This document shows positions 60,920 through 64,000 of a stretch of DNA of 64,000 nt, one piece after another. The translations under genes were made by a program, and so were the position numbers. The stretch lies in NCBI GenBank assembly GCA_030704615.1, contig CM060732.1:76136001-76200000 (forward strand). Direction: 5' to 3'. Every line of letters begins with the position of its first letter. The stretch's first letter is position 1. The notes beneath the pieces are model-generated. The model worked only from the letters and a program-made list of their open reading frames with translations, did no database searches and had not been told where the DNA came from. This stretch comes from Takakia lepidozioides. Lineage: Eukaryota > Plantae > Bryophyta.

Positions 60920-62403
60920 ATGTCCGGAAACGTTGCTTCGAACGCAGTGTCAGGGGGTTCCTCGGGAAGTGGGCGTAAAGGTAGGAAGCGTAAACATGCA
61001 TATGAACGGGATAGTCAGGTCAACATAAAAGACTATCCAAGCGCAGAGGCCGCGAAGGTTGTGAAGCAAATAGTGCTGGATTATTTGAAGGACAATGATG
61101 CGTTTGAATCTTTTGTATGTCCGACATGGGAATGAGGGGTTCCTTAGATTCCAGCACAATATAAAGATGAGAATGAGGGAGGCTTTGGCCGGGGATGAAT
61201 GGGAGGAGGACAGGGCGAAGTTCCAGTTCACGAAATGGATGGAGGACCGGGCCCATGATGCCACATAAAATCTGAGGCAAACCTTGGAAAGGTTTGTTAC
61301 GAGAACACCTGTAGTTGAAGGTCGCATGCCAACTTCGGATGAGGAGTTGTTTGTGCTTGTGGATTGGTGGTCTGACGCCAAACGACATACGAAACCACTC
61401 CTATGGAAGACAGGGTCCTCGTCCGCGGATGCGGCATTGAACGTGAGATATATATCCACAAACGCAAAGGTACAACAACTCGACGCGCCCAAACAGGGAG
61501 GGTATGGTACAATTCGGAGGGTTAGAATTGTTGGGGATCAATTCATTCCTCCATCATGGGAGCTAGCAGGGAAAACGCCCAGGGAAACAAATGCTGAGCT
61601 TGCCAAGTCCAACATAACAATGAGGCGTTGGCTGTAAAGTTCCATCATTTCGGCATCATAAAGTATTTTGTGTTGCATCCACGTTGAAAGGTTACACACA
61701 TTGGTGAAATGGGGGGACCATACGATCATGGTTGAGTATTGACAGGAAATGGGGGAATGATCGGGATAACAGGGAGTTAATGGAAAGACGGGGGATGGAA
61801 CAGGAAATGCAGGAGGTCAACCGACTGGTTTGATTCCGACAGAATCGCACCTAATTGGCATGGGCGCTTTTGCACATCATGCTCAAAGTCCATAATCACC
61901 ACCTCTTGCACAACGACATGTCCCCCGACAACATCTTGTTGCATTTTCCACAAGGGTCTGAAGATGTGTACATTGGGGTATGCGATTGGGGGATGGCCTC
62001 CACGACGGATGACCCAAAAACCACGTTGTACATTTTCGAGAGCAGAGACAAGATGATAAAGACTCTCGCACATAGATGGTGGATTGCACCTGAAATTGCA
62101 ATTGTTCATAATGTAGCCAACAACCAGTCAGATGGCACACCTCGTAGGCCCCCTCTAACCGTGCCATCAGAGACCTTTTCAATTGGGAAGATAGCCCAGG
62201 CAATAAATGGGGATAACACGTTCGATGCAAGCATGTTCAACGATATGTCTACTGGAACCTGTTTTGCTTCGGCTCTGGAAAACTTGTGTGTAGACATAGT
62301 AGAGTTGCAGTACAAACTAGAAAATGTTGTGAAGCGTTTCATGACGGGGCTATTCAATTGGCCTGAGCCCAAAAATTGCTGGAGGATGGATAGAAACTTG
62401 TAG
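60920..62403 (+). pseudogene. Protein kinase (divergent ePK-like) with N-terminal NLS-like motif; disrupted
   Basis: RKGRKRK, Gly loop QGGYGTIRRV, LAGK, catalytic loop HNDMSPDNILL, VCDWGMA and WWIAPEI. Stops and frameshifts between 61135 and 61850. No obvious introns. Confidence 0.85.
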
Positions 62404-62569
62404 ACCTTTGACTGTACATCATGTTTGAATAAAGTTGTTTTCAATTATGTTTGTCTCGTACCATAATGTTTTAATGGTTTGTTACTTGGCCATGGCACCT
62501 GGGTCCATCATATGGGATAATCAAGCACCACACCCACGAATCTTGAAGAGTGACAGTGTACACCGGGTC

Positions 62570-63700
62570 AATGGATGAACCAATCGTTCCCATGCCAAAT
62601 GATTTTAGATTGATTTGAAACTTTGGGAGTATCTTGTACATGCCCTCTTTAAGTTACCAGACAAGTATGAGGTCAATCTAAAATGGTTCTAAAGGTGAAC
62701 CAATAGTTCCCCTATTAAATGATTCATGATTGAAAATTGGTTGAAAGGTTTAACGAGTCGTTTGGGGGGCAAATGATTATTCCTTCGCTTGCAACTTTGT
62801 GTACGTGATTTGTACATACTTAAGCACATATGGACCAAAGTTGAACTTCAACAAAGGATGAACGTTTTTTTCCAAACATTTTTCTTTGGTAAATTTTTTG
62901 GCAAGGATGTGGTGGTGTGGGGGTTCAACTCACAGAACAAAATCAAGCCAAAAACAAAATCATTGCGCCCCACAATCCTATGCCCTCTAAATCATTTTAT
63001 TTAGTAAAAATCCAGTTCAATTCAAAATTGGATGAAAGGGTGAACAGAAACTTCCCCGATGAAATGATATTTTATTGCTCCGAAACTTTGCAAGTGTCTT
63101 CTACATGCCCTCTTACACGTCTTTGAGAAGTATGACATCAATCTAAAATGGTTTAAAGGGTGAACCAATCGTCCCCCTACCAAATTTGCAAATGTCTTGT
63201 ACATGCCCTCTTACAGGTTTTTCACAAGTTTCAACTCAATCTAAAATGGTTGAAAAGGTGAATCAATCATGAACATATCAAATGATTTTGGAGTGCTTTA
63301 AAGCTTTGCAAGTGTCTTTCACATGTCATTTTAAAGGTACCGGACAAGTATGAGGTCAGTAAAATATGGGTGAAAGGGTGAACCAATTGTTCCCCTATCA
63401 AATGATTTTACATTGCTTTGATGCTTTGCAAGTGTCAGCCACATGCCCTCCTACAAGTACCGGACAAGTATGACGTGAATAAAAAATGGTTGAAAGGGTG
63501 AACCAATCATTCCGCTATCAAATGATTTTATATTGCTTTGGATGTCATTGCTTTGCTAATTCTAGCCCCCCAATGGCCCATTTGTAACCCTTGAATTGCG
63601 AGTGTCTTGTACATGCCCTCTTAAAGTTATTCGACAAGTATGATGTCAATATTAAATGGTTCAAAAGGTGAACCAACAGTTCCCCTATTGGATGATTCAT
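62570..63700. repeat. Degenerate ~120-bp tandem repeat (AAATGGTT.AAAGGGTGAACCAAT...TGTACATGCCCTCTT)
   Basis: The motif recurs about eight times, for example near 63378 and 63498. Confidence 0.85.
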
Positions 63701-63713
63701 GATTAATCATTAA

Positions 63714-63975
63714 CGATTGATCTCATATTACACTGGGACCTATCAGATGGTACATTGAACACACTGGCCAAGTTTCAAAGCGAACGAAAATAATTTGGAT
63801 GGGCAACCATCCATCGGCCCATTGAACGAATTTCGGTTGATCTCATATTACTTTGGGGCCTCTTCCATAGTACATTGAACTTACTGGCTAAGTCTCAAAG
63901 CGAACCAAAATCATTTCGATGGCCAACCATCCGTTGAGCCATCGAATGAATTTCGATTGATCTGATATTAGTCCA
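63714..63975. repeat. Second 120-bp tandem repeat family (at least 2 copies)
   Basis: TTGATCTCATATTAC...TACATTGAAC..ACTGGC.AAGT.TCAAAGCGAAC occurs at ~63717 and 63837, and a third copy starts at 63957. Confidence 0.85.
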
Positions 63976-64000
63976 GGACTTGTGAGAGGGAGTCTCGAAC

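Larger units (their letters stand above)
59821..64000. mobile_element. Unclassified element with terminal hairpin, palindrome array and protein-kinase cargo (may extend beyond the window)
   Basis: It interrupts a PPR motif. GC-rich hairpin at 59836-59872, palindrome array, TATA box (GTATATAAGG ~60616), kinase relic and downstream ~120-bp satellites. No transposase within the window. Confidence 0.55.

Overview
Eukaryotic, repeat-dense land-plant nuclear DNA, most likely a moss-like bryophyte with an expanded PLS-class PPR family (inference from spliceosomal introns, PLS/E/DYW PPR relics, a plant-type tRNA-Glu and a plant HAD hydrolase). Only one protein gene is clearly intact: a 3-exon HAD-like hydrolase at 54488-56668. 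The rest is a graveyard of PPR pseudogenes carrying an OSB-type PDF motif, interleaved with transposons. These are an RTEX-like LINE (split into two parts, plus a second copy and micro-fragments), a DUF6570-type Helitron with a Ulp1-like peptidase, a Ty3/gypsy relic, a CACTA relic and a MITE. The most striking object is an ~11.4 kb Mutator-like element (5682-17056) nested in the LINE. It carries a GCM-DDE-SWIM transposase head-to-head with a 7-exon gene for a ParB/Sulfiredoxin-fold protein. Its terminal, intergenic and one intronic non-coding compartments are packed with copies of one palindrome (GGATGGAAATTCGGCGCCGAATTTCCATCC), about 35-40 by manual count, spaced close to whole helical turns. 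This suggests a transposon-encoded ParB/parS-like or VANC-like self-recognition system. A second element at 59821-64000 shows similar logic with a different palindrome array in front of a protein-kinase cargo gene. All family assignments come from motif recognition by eye; no database search was run.
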